Assembly (NCBI GenBank): GCA_951406725.2
Contig: OX597836.1
Location: 37,510,001-37,574,000 of the forward strand
DNA length: 64,000 nucleotides
From: Octopus vulgaris
Taxonomy: Eukaryota
Reading direction: 5' to 3'
Shown: positions 1 to 13,781 of the stretch, in pieces
How the letters are laid out: every line of letters starts with the position of its first letter
Numbering within the stretch: the first letter of the stretch is position 1
Notes under the pieces: model-generated
Told to the model about the DNA's origin: nothing
Seen by the model: only the letters and a program-made list of their open reading frames with translations
Databases searched by the model: none
Made by a program: the position numbers and the translations under genes

Positions 1-230
1 ATGCGTATGTGCGCATGTCTGTGTGTATGCGCGTGTGTCTGTGTTTATGTGTCTGTGCGTGTGTGTGTCGACGTGTTTGTAAATAAAATTGTATTTACTA
101 AGAAATGTTTGTATTTGTTTGTATCATTGTGTTTATCTTCGCACACGTACGATTAATTGCAAACAGTGTTGTAAACCAATCTGGTTCCTTTTCCTGCATA
201 GGCGTCTATATAGGCCTGCGTGTGAATGCA

Positions 231-286
231 TACATACATACACACATACACACATACATACATACATACATACATACATACATACA

Positions 287-316
<30 letters not shown>
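231..316. repeat. (TACA)n microsatellite
   Basis: Tandem TACA with a few CA interruptions; source of the HTYI/MYVC pseudo-ORFs. Confidence 0.95.
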
Positions 317-322
<6 letters not shown>

Positions 323-339
323 TATGTATGAATCTTCAA

Positions 340-565
340 AGGAGCTAGCAGAAACGTTAGCGCGCAGGGCGAAATGCGTAGCCGTATTTCATCTGTCGTT
401 ACTTTCTGAGTTCAAATTCCGCCGAGGTCGACTTTGCCTTTCATCCTTTCGGGGTCGATAAAGTAAGTACCAGTTACGCACTGGGGTCGATGTAATCGAC
501 TTAATCCGTTTGTCAGTCCTTGTTTGTCCCCTCTGTGTCTAGCTCCTTGTGGGTAGTAAAGAAAT
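340..565 (+). mobile_element. tRNA-derived SINE family A (Meta-domain-like core)
   Basis: GAGCTAGCAGAAACGTTAGC...GAGTTCAAATTCC (B box)...GCCTTTCATCCTTTCGGGGTCGATAAA..AAGTACCAG; more than 15 related copies in the window. Confidence 0.85.
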
Positions 566-576
566 ATATATATATA

Positions 577-617
<41 letters not shown>

Positions 618-751
618 GTTTGTGTGTGTGTGTGTGCGTGTGTGTGTTTGTGTGTGTGTTATAAAATGGAACAAACAGCAAAAGGTTGTCATTATAGAAC
701 TCAGAGTTTCTTTTGTTGTTACAATTTAGTATTATATATGTATGCATATAC

Positions 752-810
<59 letters not shown>

Positions 811-1051
811 TATGTATACATACATGTATGTATACATAGTTGTATATACATTTAAGTACATACATATAAATATATATATATACATACATGCAAATATACA
901 TACATACATACATACTACTACAAGCCACTCAACGTCATCCTTTATAGGTATATATAAGATCGTATGCAGGGGAATATTCATACATGTGTTTATGTACATA
1001 TGCATATATATATATTTATATCTATGTGTCTGCGTTTATGTACGTGTGTGT

Positions 1052-1111
<60 letters not shown>
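564..1111. repeat. Compound (TA)n/(TG)n/(TACA)n microsatellite region
   Basis: Directly visible simple repeats. Confidence 0.9.
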
Positions 1112-1133
<22 letters not shown>

Positions 1134-1702
1134 GGAAATGAAGTTAAATGGTTTGGATCAATGTACGCAATTAATCATACGTAAGCAAAGATGACTATTA
1201 ACATACATACATCATGATTATGCATTCATATTATATACAATCTCATTTATATTGAGACACATTCACACAGGCAGCACACATTCAATATTACTCTTCGGCA
1301 CGTTCACATGAAATGAAACGTCTTCGGCTTTTCGCTCTGTCAGCCAGAGTCAATACAACGGATGCGCGCACATTGCTCTCCTTGAATTCACTCGAATCAG
1401 AGAGAAATGTAAATTATTTAATTTTATATTTAATAGTTAATATTTATTGTTCGCCACCTACTCAGAGGTTTCGTCTCTGGATTATAGGTCAGCAGGTTCA
1501 TTAAGAACTGACAATAACCTTGCTAAATAGCCACAAATAATCGATCGATCTTTTAAAATTTGAAGCCAAGTTAGCTCAGAATCATTGAATGCCAACCTAG
1601 TCGTTTAAAAGTGTGAGATAGTAAATAACATCAACAACATACTTGCTCTATTCATTAATTCTAGCAGCATCTCATTTTATTTGCGCAAAGGACAGCTAAG
1701 AT

Positions 1703-1965
1703 GTGGAGGCGCGTGGCTTAGTGGTTAGGGTGTCAGCATCATGATCGTAAGATTATGGTTTCGATTCCTGGACCGGGCAACGCTTTGTGTTCTGGAGCAA
1801 AACACTTCATTTGAAGTTGCTCCAGTCCACTCGGCTAGCAAAAATGAGTAACGCTGCGATGGACTGGCGTCCCGTCCAGCTGGGGAACATATACGTCATA
1901 GAAACCGGGAAACCGGGCCCATGTGCCTGGTTAGGGTTTAAAAGGGCGCATTTATTTTTTTATTT
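1703..1965 (+). mobile_element. tRNA-derived SINE with V-domain-like segment and 16-bp TSD
   Basis: Head GGAGGCGCGTGGCTTAGTGGTTAGG...GGTTTCGATTCC; internal CTGCGATGGACTGGCGTCCCGTCCAG; flanked by AAAGGACAGCTAAGAT at 1687-1702 and 1966-1981. Confidence 0.85.
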
Positions 1966-2485
1966 AAAGGACAGCTAAGATAGAAATCCTGATGCGTCTC
2001 AGGGAAGTGAAATGTCGTGATACTTTTCCCTTGTCAAAGGATCGTTAAAAGAACTGAAATAGCATAAATGGGGAAAAGTATCATTATCAAGATCCTGATC
2101 AGTGACTTCCATATGGATAAAACTTATTATAATGTTAACTAGCTAACCCCAAAAGCCATAAAAATGACAGCTAATTGTAGTATTTTAAATATAGATAAGG
2201 TACGAAATAAAATACATAATGATCACAGATACAAACATTCACATACTTCCCTTGTACACGCACACACATACACACACACACATATACTAACACAGTGTTG
2301 AAACGCTGTTTGAGTTTCTTTTTCGCGTTGAATGGTCACCATCCCACTTCCAGTTTGATACCTCACCTTCATTCCTTATTCATTTATCACCCCTTCCTTC
2401 TTTATTCATCTATTACCCATTCCTTTCTCATTCATATGTTGTGACGAAGAAAGACATAAGAGTATTATTATAGTAGATTACGCTA

Positions 2486-2698
2486 AGGCGGTGAGCTAGG
2501 CAAAAACATTAGCACGCCGGGAAAAATGCTCAGCGGTATTTCGTCTGTCTTTACGTTCTGAGTTCAAATTCTGCCGTGGTCGACTTTACCTTTCATCCTT
2601 TCGAGGTCGATAAATTAAGTACCACTTGCGTAATGGGGTCGATCTAATCGACTGCAACCCCACTCAAATGTTCGGGCCTTGTGCCTAGAGTAGAAAAG
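2486..2698 (+). mobile_element. SINE family A with TSD
   Basis: Family A head and core; flanking TTATAGTAGATTACGC / TTATAGCAGATTACGC duplication. Confidence 0.85.
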
Positions 2699-3384
2699 CT
2701 TATAGCAGATTACGCAGTAATATGTATATATGTAACCGTGAATACTTTCTCTTTAAATATTTATCCTCGTAAACGAAGTAAATCTACGGAGATTTCAGTT
2801 TGTAACCCTTAAATAATAAAATAAACTTTCATCAGCATGCCGAAAGCCGGAACTGAAAGCAGAAAGTCTTAGTTTAATGCTTTCCCAACTATTCTCTATT
2901 AACAGCCATAAATAGGTGAAAAATAATTGTAAATGCAGACAGACAGAGAGAGACAGACCTGATATTGTTCTGTGGGACAGAGAACAGAGGCCATGCGCTG
3001 TTGTAAAGGTCAGCTGCTCAGCGAACAAACTTCTAGATGAAAGAGAACATTTATGGTGAATTAATGTGGAACTTACAGCTCTTGTACCGTGACTGTGAAT
3101 TCTCATTTGTACCTATCATCATAGGTGCATTAGGTTATACACGAGAAAAATTTACACAAAAACCGAGAAACACTTGATTTCACAGAAAAAGAGCAAAAGC
3201 AACTGATGCGGATTCTCCATATCGAATCTGTTAGTGGCACAGTGGCGATTTGTAAGACTTTCTAAAAATTCTCCATATGAGATTCTTTTTGTGAATGAAT
3301 GCACACACTCATCAACCCAACCACATATTTAAAACCGGCTTGAATTTTCTCAAGAACAATTTAAATTATACACAAGGAAAAAAC

Positions 3385-3583
3385 ATACATGCATACATAC
3401 ATACATACATGCATACATACATACGTACATGCATACATACATACATACATACATACATACATACATACATACATACATACATACATGCATACATACATAC
3501 ATACATACATACATACATACATACATGCATACATACATACACACACATACATACACACACATACATACATACATACATGCATA
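3385..3583. repeat. (TACA)n microsatellite
   Basis: Directly visible. Confidence 0.95.
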
Positions 3584-3742
3584 CAGAGAGAGGGAGAGAG
3601 AGAGCAAAGCACATTCTACAATACAGTCATCTCTCGCCATATCGCGGTTCACCTATCGCAGTTTATTGTTTAAGCTTACTTCGCTCCGTGAGGTTATTTT
3701 GCATTTATAATAAAGTAAATATATACAAATTATAAGAATGAT

Positions 3743-4107
<365 letters not shown>

Positions 4108-4947
4108 AGAGATGGACACATACAACTAGCTAGATGTAGATAGATAGATAGATATACACAAAATACATATTTGTTTGTGCATTTGTTTTTGTGTGTATAA
4201 GTAAATACTTTGTCGTCAAATTATATTTACATATTGTCTCCTAGCGCTAACGTCTTCGTAGGCAATATATTTTATTAGCGTCCCTATCCTGGTTATTTAT
4301 TCATAGAACGTGCCTGATAAGATGAAATACGTTCCGATGAAACTATTATCAATATACAAAGAGTGATAAAACATTATAAGTTCAATACCCATTCATAGGC
4401 TTTCTTAGTCGCACCGATATAGTATGCAGTTATATAAATAATGTGCTGTTACGAGAGATAGAAACCACCAAAATAGAATAACATTTGAAGGGAGCGAAAC
4501 ATTAATGTGTATTATAGAGGCTTGACGTAGCAAAGCAAGATAAGCTAGAGGATATCAGATAACCCTTCCAGGAAAATAATACATAAATGTGGAGTATGAG
4601 AATTAATAGAACATAAACAATTATGAAACACGACTGGAAACACTTGACTGTTTAAAAGAAAGAAAAGATTTATCTGCCTTAAATAATAGATTTAAAATGT
4701 ATGGCGTTGCAATAAAATGGGTCTCTTAAAACAACATCATTGAAATTTATCTGCTATAATTTGTATAGGGAGATAGGTATTAACAATGTAGGGGCAGATA
4801 AGGTTTGTATCCACTAAAAACAAATTAGAAACAGTTTGGAAGCCCACATTTTTGAAAATGGAGTTAAGTATATCAAAAAATAAAGAGGGGAAAGACAACA
4901 TATCAACAAATGACATTGAAAATCTCAGAATATTCTATTCTCCTCGA

Positions 4948-5995
4948 GGCGGCGAGCTAGCAGAATCATTAGCGCGCTGGGCGAAATCCTTAGCGGTATT
5001 TCGTCTACCGTTACGTTGTGAGTTCAAATTCCGCCGAGGTCGACTTTGCCTTTCATCCTTTCGGGGTCGATAAATTAAGTACCAGTTGCGTACCAGATCT
5101 AATCGACTAGCTCCCTCCCCCAAAATTTCAGGCCTTGTGCCTACAGTAGAAAATATTTTACAGGTGGCGAGCTGGCAGAAACGTTAGTACGCAAAGCGAA
5201 ATGTTTATCGGTATTTCGTCTGCTGTTACGTTCTGAGTTCAAATTCCATCGAGGTCGACTTTACCTTTCATCCTTTCGGGGGTCGATAAAGTTACGTACT
5301 GGGGTCGATCTAATCGACTTAATCCCTTTGTTTGTCCTTGTTTGTCCCCTCTATGTTTAGCCCTTTGTGGACAATAAAGAAATAAGAAACGTTAGCACTC
5401 CGGACGGCGAGCTGGCAGAAACGTTAGCATGCCGGTCGAAATGCTTTGCGGTATTTCGTCTGCCACTACATTCTGAGTTCAAGTTCCGCCGAGGTCGACT
5501 TTGTCTTTCATCCTTTCTGGGTCGATTAAATATTAGTACCAGTTACGCACTGGGGTCGATATATTCGACTTAATCTGTTTGTCTGATGGTCTGTTTGTCT
5601 CCTCTGTGTTTAGCCCCTTGTGGGTAGTAAAGAAATAGGTATTTCGCCTGTCTTTACGTTTAGAGTTCAAATTCCACCGAGGTCAACTTTACCTTTCATT
5701 GAATATTGTGGTCGATTTAATCGATTGTTCCCCTTCCCCAAAATGTCGGTCCTTCTGCCTAGAGTAGAAAAGAATATTCATTTCTCCTCATTTTGGCGCA
5801 AGACCTGAAATTTCGAAGGGGTGAGTAAGTCGATTGCTTCAACCCTAGTGCGCAACTGGTACTTATTTTATCAACCCCGAAAGAATGAAGAGCAGAGTCT
5901 TTCCCAGTTGAATTTGAACTCAGAACGTAAAGACGGACGAAATACCGCTAAGTAGTCTCTCCGACATGCTTACGATTCTACAAGTTCGCCGCCTT
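4948..5995. mobile_element. Cluster of at least 5 SINE family A copies (four +, one -)
   Basis: GGCGAGCT(A/G)GCAGAA heads at ~4948, ~5163, ~5404; partial copy from ~5638; reverse copy ending GTTCGCCGCC at ~5993. Confidence 0.85.
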
Positions 5996-6340
5996 AATAC
6001 ACCCCAAAATCATGATGAGGACTGCTTTAAGCAACTTCGGAAACTTGAAAAGTTCAGTAATTGACAACATTGAAAACTTTTAAAGGTTATCGGTTGGTAA
6101 ACTTTTCTATCGGACAACGATCTGCTTTGGCAACCTACTAAAAGGGTAAAGAGTGCTTCCAGTCACGAAAGACCATGGGATTACACCGAGAAAGTATTAA
6201 AAAAATAATATCCACAACTCCTAATACATGGATAACAGATATTCCCTGCGTTGTGCATCTCATTGAGCATCCGCAAATCTAATTAGAGATAATTAGACGA
6301 TGAGAAAAATACAACAGCTGCTCAATATCATATTACTATA

Positions 6341-7005
6341 CAGAGATCTCTCGCTACTTCGTGGTTCAACTATCGCGGATTCACGACTTCGCGGATTTTT
6401 AAAATATATATATATGAACACCAAAACTTTTTCAATAAGTCCATTAAAATATTAATAATAAATATTATCTCCTGGTATAAGGACAACAAAACAAGCGAAA
6501 ATAGCAAAAAAGCATATACAGGGGTATTTGAACTTAAGACGAGCTATGATTGGTGTAATGGAGAGAGACGACGAATCACAGCTTTCTATTTTGTAATCTG
6601 TCCTGTGATTGGTGCTTTGACCGATGCTCAGAGCCGCAACATCTTCCCTCGTCTCTCTCCCGAGGCCATTCCGCTTCAAGCTTTCTCGCCGAGTGGTTTA
6701 TTGTACTACTTTACGCTGTGCTGTGTGTGAAAAACGCGAGCTGGAAAAATTTGTGGCACGAGGTTATTTAAGACAAGGGCTTTTCACCTGCCGAAATCCA
6801 ACACTCCGCAGTACAGAAAGCTTTGCAGTTGGCTGCGATTATTGGAGGTAACGGCTTTGCAGACATGACCACGGGAGACATCGACGCGTAATTAGACTGC
6901 CACTCCCAGCCGTTAACCGAGGCAGACCTCAAAGACTTGACGAAGTCGACCAGTTATCGCGGCCGGTCTCGGAAACAATCTACCGCGATAAACGAGGGAT
7001 CACTG
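6341..7005. mobile_element. pogo/Tigger-type non-autonomous DNA transposon
   Basis: TA|CAGAGATCTCTCGCTACTTCGTGG ... CCGCGATAAACGAGGGATCACTG|TA; imperfect TIRs and TA TSD. A lone related TIR lies at ~3623. Confidence 0.8.
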
Positions 7006-7721
7006 TATTTATTACGGCAATTGCGAGCCACAACACTGGATATGTTTTAGTCTTAGTAAGTTTCCTCAGTGAAGCATAAATTTCACTGTACTTGCAGAAG
7101 TGAGGATTGCAAATCCATAAATAGATATACAATATCGCACAATTGTGTGCTTGAAACTGGCACACAATAAATCACTGGCGTTGATTAATATTTGCATGTT
7201 TCTTTCATTAAGTATGCTAATACTAATACAATTAGGGTTTTGTAAACGGAATGATGCGCAACAGAGTATTTAATCTCAGTAATTTATTGTATGTGTTGTT
7301 TGTCAATATTTATGTTTAGTTCGCGACTTATCGACCGCACATATTATATAACTGTTTTATGAAACTACTTTATTTAAACATACTCTTTTTCTTTCTCTTG
7401 CTTTCCCTTTCTAACTCTTTCTCTCCCTCTCTTTCTCTCTCCTCTCTCTCTCTCTATCTTTCTATCTTTCTCCCTCCCCTCTCTCTCTCTCTGTGGATAC
7501 AGGCGTGGTTAGTAACTTCAGTCGCTACATCAGGGTGTGACGGTCCCTGTCTGACACGAGGCCCGGGTTCAGCTTGTTACGGTTGACAGTACTTGTCTAA
7601 GATTACTGGATTTCCAGCTATTGATAAATAAGCTTACTGCCTTCTGAGAGTCAAAAGACATGGAGTAAAGTTTAGAATAAAGTTAGAATATAACCCTAAG
7701 GCGGTTCAGTGTTCGATTTAA

Positions 7722-7941
7722 CCCTTTAGTGTTCAGATTATTCTGTCAAATGTGATGTTTGTTTATTTAAAATGGTTTGAATTAATCATGCATTATCTTT
7801 TAGTTTAGAGATTTCAGTGATGTGATTTTTTAGTTTTAGAACGACATGGTTGGGCTGAGAGGAAAGGTGAGATCTGGTCAGTTTCAATATAAAACAGGTT
7901 AAATATTTTGGCCAGATATGGCCGGTTTGAATGCTAAAGGG
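7722..7941. mobile_element. piggyBac-type MITE
   Basis: TTAA|CCCTTTAGTGTTCAGA ... TTTGAATGCTAAAGGG|TTAA. Confidence 0.8.
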
Positions 7942-8398
7942 TTAACACTCATTTGACAACTTCTGCCGCCAAACTGGCGTCATAGCTAACGCTATAAACT
8001 AGCGAAGCTAAGAGAGGATTCTAGCGACACGGCAATGGAGGCTTGCACTCTGGAGAGGATACTTGAATGTCACTGTGAAATGCAACAGCAGCATAAAGAG
8101 GTTTCTCTCCTCGTCTTGGGTAGCAGCTCAAACTCTTACTGTGTAATGGAGCAAAAACTCTGTTGTCTCTATATGCATTGACTGGTATTAAAACACGCAC
8201 ACATACACACACACAGAGACATGTGTGTGTGCGTGTGTGTGTGAGTGTTTGAGTGTAATTAATTGTGACTCAATACGTCGAGGTTTCGAAGCCAATATTA
8301 ACTTATCACCATTATCATTTTTTACTAGTATTGAATCCTTTATTCATCACATGGTTTCTGTACTTACGTAGTGAAACATATAAACCAATTGATTATAT

Positions 8399-8700
8399 CA
8401 CCGTGACCGACCAGGCTATCAGATGTTGCTACACATCGCTGGTCACAATGCGCTTCACATTGTTTTAACCTTCAAATAACGCCACCCCACTGGCTAAGCG
8501 AGCAGGCCAACAGAAGAAAGAGTGAGAGAAAGTTGCAGCGCAAGAGTACAGCAGGGATCGGCACCATCCCCTGCCGGAGCCTCGAGGAGCTTTAGGTGTT
8601 TTCGCTCAATAAACACTCACAACGCCCGGTCTGAGAATCCTACGACCTCGATCCTACAACCGCGAGTCCGCTGCCCTAACCACTGGGCCATTGTGTCTCC
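8399..8700 (-). mobile_element. tRNA-derived SINE family C, tail type 1
   Basis: Reverse head GGAGACACAATGGCCCAGTGGTTAGGGCAGCGGACTCGCGG; TSD CCAATTGATTATAT on both sides; same tail as 40005-40315. Confidence 0.85.
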
Positions 8701-8908
8701 CCCAATTGATTATATATCGTTTATTTTTTACATTTTTATATCTGGTTGTTTCTCCACCTTGATGTTTGACAGATCTGAAGATTTGAAAATCATCTAAGTT
8801 TTATTAACTATGACAATTTTTCCGCCCACTTTTCAATCAATCCTCACAAACTGTCTATTGAGAAACTCTGCACTGAATTTGTCCATAAATTCAATGTGTG
8901 CCTTGTGT

Positions 8909-8946
<38 letters not shown>

Positions 8947-9039
8947 AGGAGATTGCGGTACGGGAGTGTGTGGTGTTGTTACTGTGAGACAAATTTGTGA
9001 TATCCCCGTAGAAGGCGCTATGAAGGTTTTAACTCAAAG

Positions 9040-9965
9040 ACAAAAAAATATCCTAAACGTTCACTGCAATTCATCCAACGGGTTCAAAACATTAATGATG
9101 ATAATCCCGGAAAATCAATGAGGGTAATTGCCAAAGATTTTCACGTATAGGATTAAACTATCAGAACTGTGGTACACGAGGACATTCGATAGAGGAGTTA
9201 TGTGTACTGGATGGAAGCACTCCGTCGGTTACGACGATGAGGGTTCCGGTTGATCTGAATCAACGGAACAGCCTGCTCGTGAAATTAACGTGTAAGTGGC
9301 TGAGCACTCCACAGACATGTGCACCCTTAACGTAGTTCTCAGGGATATTCAGCGTGACACAGAGAGTGACAAGGCCGGCCCCTTGAAATACAGGTACAAC
9401 AGAAACAGGAAGTAAGAGTGGAGTGAGAGAAAGTTGAGGCGAAAGAGTACAACAGGGGTCGCCACCACCCCCTGTCGGAACCTCGTGGAGCTTTAGGTGT
9501 TTTCGCTCAATAAACACACACAACGCCCGGTCTGGGAATCGAAACCGCAATCCTATGACCGCGAGTCCGCTGCCCTAACCACTGGGCCATTGCGCCTCTG
9601 TGTACTAAGGAGAGATCAATTCATATCTGCAACGATACTGGAAAACCGCTTCATCTGTGCCAAACTTTTACTTAACAAAATTTAAAATCCCCACGAACAT
9701 GACAGGCTTTCTTTCTTCTGTGATGAGAAAAATTCAACCAAGACCAAAGTCTTATAGGAGAAATAATAGATGGTTATGATCAGAATCTTTCTGATATACC
9801 AAGACTGATGCATACTAAGTTCCTTTAATTGCAATGGATTTAGGAATGGTGAGTAATGAAGGTCAAATCATGCTACCTCAATGATAGGCACATTGAGGTA
9901 CTGTAAACAGTTGTTGACCCCTGAATGGATGGAGTACGCAATACAAGATCATACATGTTTCAACC
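9040..9965 (+). pseudogene. Decayed Tc1/mariner-superfamily (DD37D/maT-like) transposase, split by a SINE
   Basis: Translates as IRTVVHEDIR..SYV|LRRDQFIS..ENRFICAKLLLNK..FFCDEK..RRNNRWL..MHTKF..LGMVSNEGQIM, with stops and frameshifts. Confidence 0.7.
9209..9598 (-). mobile_element. SINE family C, tail type 2, with 8-bp TSD
   Basis: Family C head at the right end; TGTGTACT duplicated at 9201-9208 and 9599-9606. Confidence 0.88.
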
Positions 9966-9984
9966 AAACTCCTTCAATTTGGGG

Positions 9985-10246
9985 AACAACCAAAAGTTGA
10001 TCTGGACTGCATGGAGGGTGAGAGACAGTTTTGATGCGCATCTGTCAAAAGTAGTTGGTTGTCAGAATGTTCGTCAAACTAGAAACAAACTTTGCACAAA
10101 TTTTGTGCACGTTCAAACCTTCATGAATAATTCTGTCTTCAGTTGGCACATCAACTTTAAACTGTATGCTTATTACCTCTATAAACACACGACAGATTTT
10201 ATCCAGGAAATTGCGAATTTTCTCAACCAGCTCTGATGTTCAGAGG

Positions 10247-10324
<78 letters not shown>

Positions 10325-10440
10325 ACATCACTCACCGTTTCTGCTCTTCTGCTTGCGAAAGGTTGATTCATTATCAGTCAGGAGCATCTCATAAGTTTCT
10401 GTAACGTTTTTGCCCAATTTAACACAAAGCTGTATTGTAT
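9985..10440 (-). pseudogene. Decayed, internally deleted mariner transposase
   Basis: Minus strand reads ELVEKIRNFLDKICRVFIEVISIQF..DRIIHEGLNVHKICAKFV then SHPPCSPD; interrupted by (CT)n at 10248-10321. Confidence 0.6.
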
Positions 10441-10550
10441 AGAAAACTTCCAAACGTCCTGACTGCATTCTATAGGGTATTTTCAAAGTGTTGTCACAGC
10501 CGTTTCATTTAGATTATCAATAGTTGGGTCATCCGCTTATTAGATGTATA

Positions 10551-10770
10551 CGAGGGGGTGTTGAAAAGTTCCTGTCTTTAAGGGTATCAGGTAAGGCCTG
10601 GCTGGAGGCCCAGCCTTCCTAGATCTATTACAGGGCTCAGAAAAACTGAAGGAATGCTGCAATAAGTGACAAAAAACCTGAGAGGGGAATATGTTGAATA
10701 AAATCATAATTAACAGATCCTCCCTATATTTTCTTATATCCAAAGCCAGGAACATTTCAGCATCCATTCG
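10551..10770. mobile_element. Mariner-type MITE
   Basis: TA|CGAGGGGGTGTTGAAAAGTTCCTGTCTTT ... AAAGCCAGGAACATTTCAGCATCCATTCG|TA. Confidence 0.75.
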
Positions 10771-10895
10771 TACTAATGATAAACTAAAATTACAATAATC
10801 CAGGACTGTTATAACTACCTACTCTTAAAAAAAGTCTCAAAAACTGGGGAATGCACCTCGCATATACACGCACCAATTGGTGCGTGTATGTACGA

Positions 10896-11127
10896 GGCGG
10901 CGAGCTGGCGGAAACGTTAGCACGCCGGGCGAAATGCTTAGCGGTATTTCGTCTGTGTTACGTTGTGAGTTCAAATTCCGCCGAGGTTGACTTTGCCTTT
11001 CATCCTTTCGGGGTCGATAAATTAAATACCAGTTACGCACTGGGGTCGATGTAATCGACTTGATACCTATGTTTGTCCTTGTTTGTCCCCTCTGTGTTTA
11101 GCCCCTTGTGGGTAATAAAGAAATAGG
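10896..11127 (+). mobile_element. Full-length SINE family A with TSD
   Basis: Near-intact head, core and tail; GTATGTACGAG duplicated at 10886-10896 and 11127-11137. Confidence 0.9.
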
Positions 11128-12147
11128 TATGTACGAGACTCGATCTTAGTATTTGACTTATAATGTTTTTCCTATCGTCCAAACAGGAAAGAAAGATAAC
11201 ACTGACCTTGGTTGGATTTGAAATCAAAAGGTTAAAACTATAGTAATTAAACACTGCCATACATTTCACCAGACCCAACGCCAAGGGAAGCTTAACGTTG
11301 AAATATTAATAAATAATGAGAGAATGCCAAAAGTACTTTAGTTAAATGGTTGCTTGAAAGCAATACCAGAGAAAATATAATTATATCCTTATTGTGGTTT
11401 GATATTTGTCCTAGAGGAACACAGTTATAATCGCAGCTAAATGCTGATGGTATAAGATTTCATACAAAACATACAAAATACAAAGAAATGTTGGGAAAAC
11501 GAGATTTCAGACTGAAAATTATTTTTAAATGAATTTGAAAAACAAATACGCTAGAAACATTTGGAAATGAATGTGTATGTTTTCAACGTATCGTCTCAGC
11601 TTTCAAAAAGCAATCATGGTTGTGTGGTAATGAAGTTAGCTTCGCAACTTTCTACTTTGGGGTTCAATTCTGCTACGTGAAACTTTGTGGCAGGGATTTC
11701 TACCATGGTTTTTGGTAGACCAAATTCTTGTGAGTGAAATTATGCAGCCAGAAACACATTAGAAGTTATGTGCCAGTTATGTGATGACAGGATTTAATCT
11801 TCAGCACGGTTTAACATCACCACCTTAACCTGGAGTACCTTTCGTAGCAGTTCCCACAGCTCCAAGCATTCATATCAGATTTCTGGTTTCTGGAGAACTT
11901 TCTTCGTTCTTCTTCACCACTCCCAGAAGCCCTGAAAGAAAGTATCATGGGCGATGCCTTTATAAACTAAAAGATACACTTTCACCTGTGTAAATCTCTG
12001 CCACAAAGTTACCCGTAGCAGAATTGAATCCCAAGGTACGAAGTTGCGAAGATTAATTTTTATTTGCAACGCAACCATGCCTGCTTCCTGAAAGCATACA
12101 TGATTCGTAAAAAAAATATACTAATTTATTTTCGAATTTTTCAAACG

Positions 12148-12169
12148 TGTACACACACACACATATATG

Positions 12170-12217
<48 letters not shown>

Positions 12218-12403
12218 TATATATATATTTATATATATATTTATATATATATACACACACACACACATATATGTATGTGCATATATATATACATATACAC
12301 ACACACACATATATGTATGTGCATATATATATACATATACACACACACGCATATATATATTTATATATATATATATACATATACACACACACACGTATAT
12401 ATA

Positions 12404-12467
<64 letters not shown>

Positions 12468-12481
12468 TATATATATGTATG

Positions 12482-12517
<36 letters not shown>

Positions 12518-12615
12518 TAGATGAGTGTATTTTTACCTTGTTAACAATTAACACGGAAAAAATAAATAAATAGTTACCAGGGCAGCACCTCCATTTTAAC
12601 TCCATTTTTTTATTC

Positions 12616-12700
<85 letters not shown>
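12148..12700. repeat. Compound (TA)n/(CA)n/(TG)n microsatellite region
   Basis: Directly visible; a short unique spacer lies at ~12516-12615. Confidence 0.9.
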
Positions 12701-12706
<6 letters not shown>

Positions 12707-13370
12707 GAGAGACTGTCATTCTGTCGGTTGCGACGACGAGTGTTTCAGTTGATCCGATCGACGGAACAGCCTGCTGGAGAAATTAAAGTGCATATAACTG
12801 AGCACTCCACAGACACGTGTACCCTTAGCGTAATCCACAGAGTGTAACAACGTTGTCCCTTGGAAATTCAGGTACTACACATCTGAGTATATCTCAATGG
12901 ATTGGAACAACCGGAAAGACAGACGATACAAAAAAAAAAACAAGGACGGGTCATTCGGAGTTTTCTTTCTTCAGTCGAGTTCCAGATTATCTTTGCATTT
13001 TCGGCTGGTTATACTCGATGCAATTTCGGCGAGAAAGAGAGAGAGAGCGGGGGAGCTTTTGAAGTGACGTATAGATATTGTATATTTAGAATAAACATTT
13101 TAACGGACGATACAATCAAATAAGTTTAATCCACAACCATCGAAATTCATTTCATTATAGCTCAAACACAAACCAATTAAAACCCTTTTATGTCCAAGAT
13201 AGTCCCGTCATTACAACATACAATAATAATATATGTGTGGATATATATGTATATAATTAAGTATCTAAGTCTACTCCTACGTGTAACTACAACAAACTAT
13301 ATAAACAATTACATCTTCTATACAACTCCTTTATCTATTCAAATTAGTTGGTATAAAAATTAATTGTTTA

Positions 13371-13781
13371 AGATCTTTTCGGTTTGAACGGCAGTTTTTT
13401 CTAGCGGTGTCATGTGAAATTGTCACCCATAATTATGACCCTAATATCGGTCTATTGTTTTCAATCTGTTTCAGGGTTAGGGTTGGTTAGGGGGGGGTCG
13501 TTTTTCTTCACAAATGTAAATAAACCCAATCTGTTTCTTAAACGAGGGTCATATTCATACGGCACAGAATGTTATTTACCTCAATAGACGTCACTGATTG
13601 GTTGAAATTGCAGAAATTGAAGAAGAAAAAACAACAAATAACTTACAAACTATAGAATTTTCTCAATAAAGCGAAGAGAAAAAGATGTTTTATAAACACA
13701 TTCTACCAGTATACGAAGTTTGAAATATTTTAGTTACATAGAAATTATGTTAAAAACTGTCGTTCAAACCGAATAATAATC
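13371..13781. mobile_element. MITE with GATCTTTTCGGTTTGAACGGCAG-type TIR
   Basis: Left AGATCTTTTCGGTTTGAACGGCAGTTTTT, right AAAAACTGTCGTTCAAACCGAA; internal sequence matches 46273-46602. Confidence 0.8.

Noticed and set aside
12940-13020. Hammerhead in the 12911/63041 repeat family (minus-strand CTGAAGA...GAA)
   Set aside because: I could not form stems I-III consistently around the boxes, although the family is TA-anchored at 63041.
13472-13498. Interstitial telomeric TTAGGG
   Set aside because: Only about two units, internal to a MITE.
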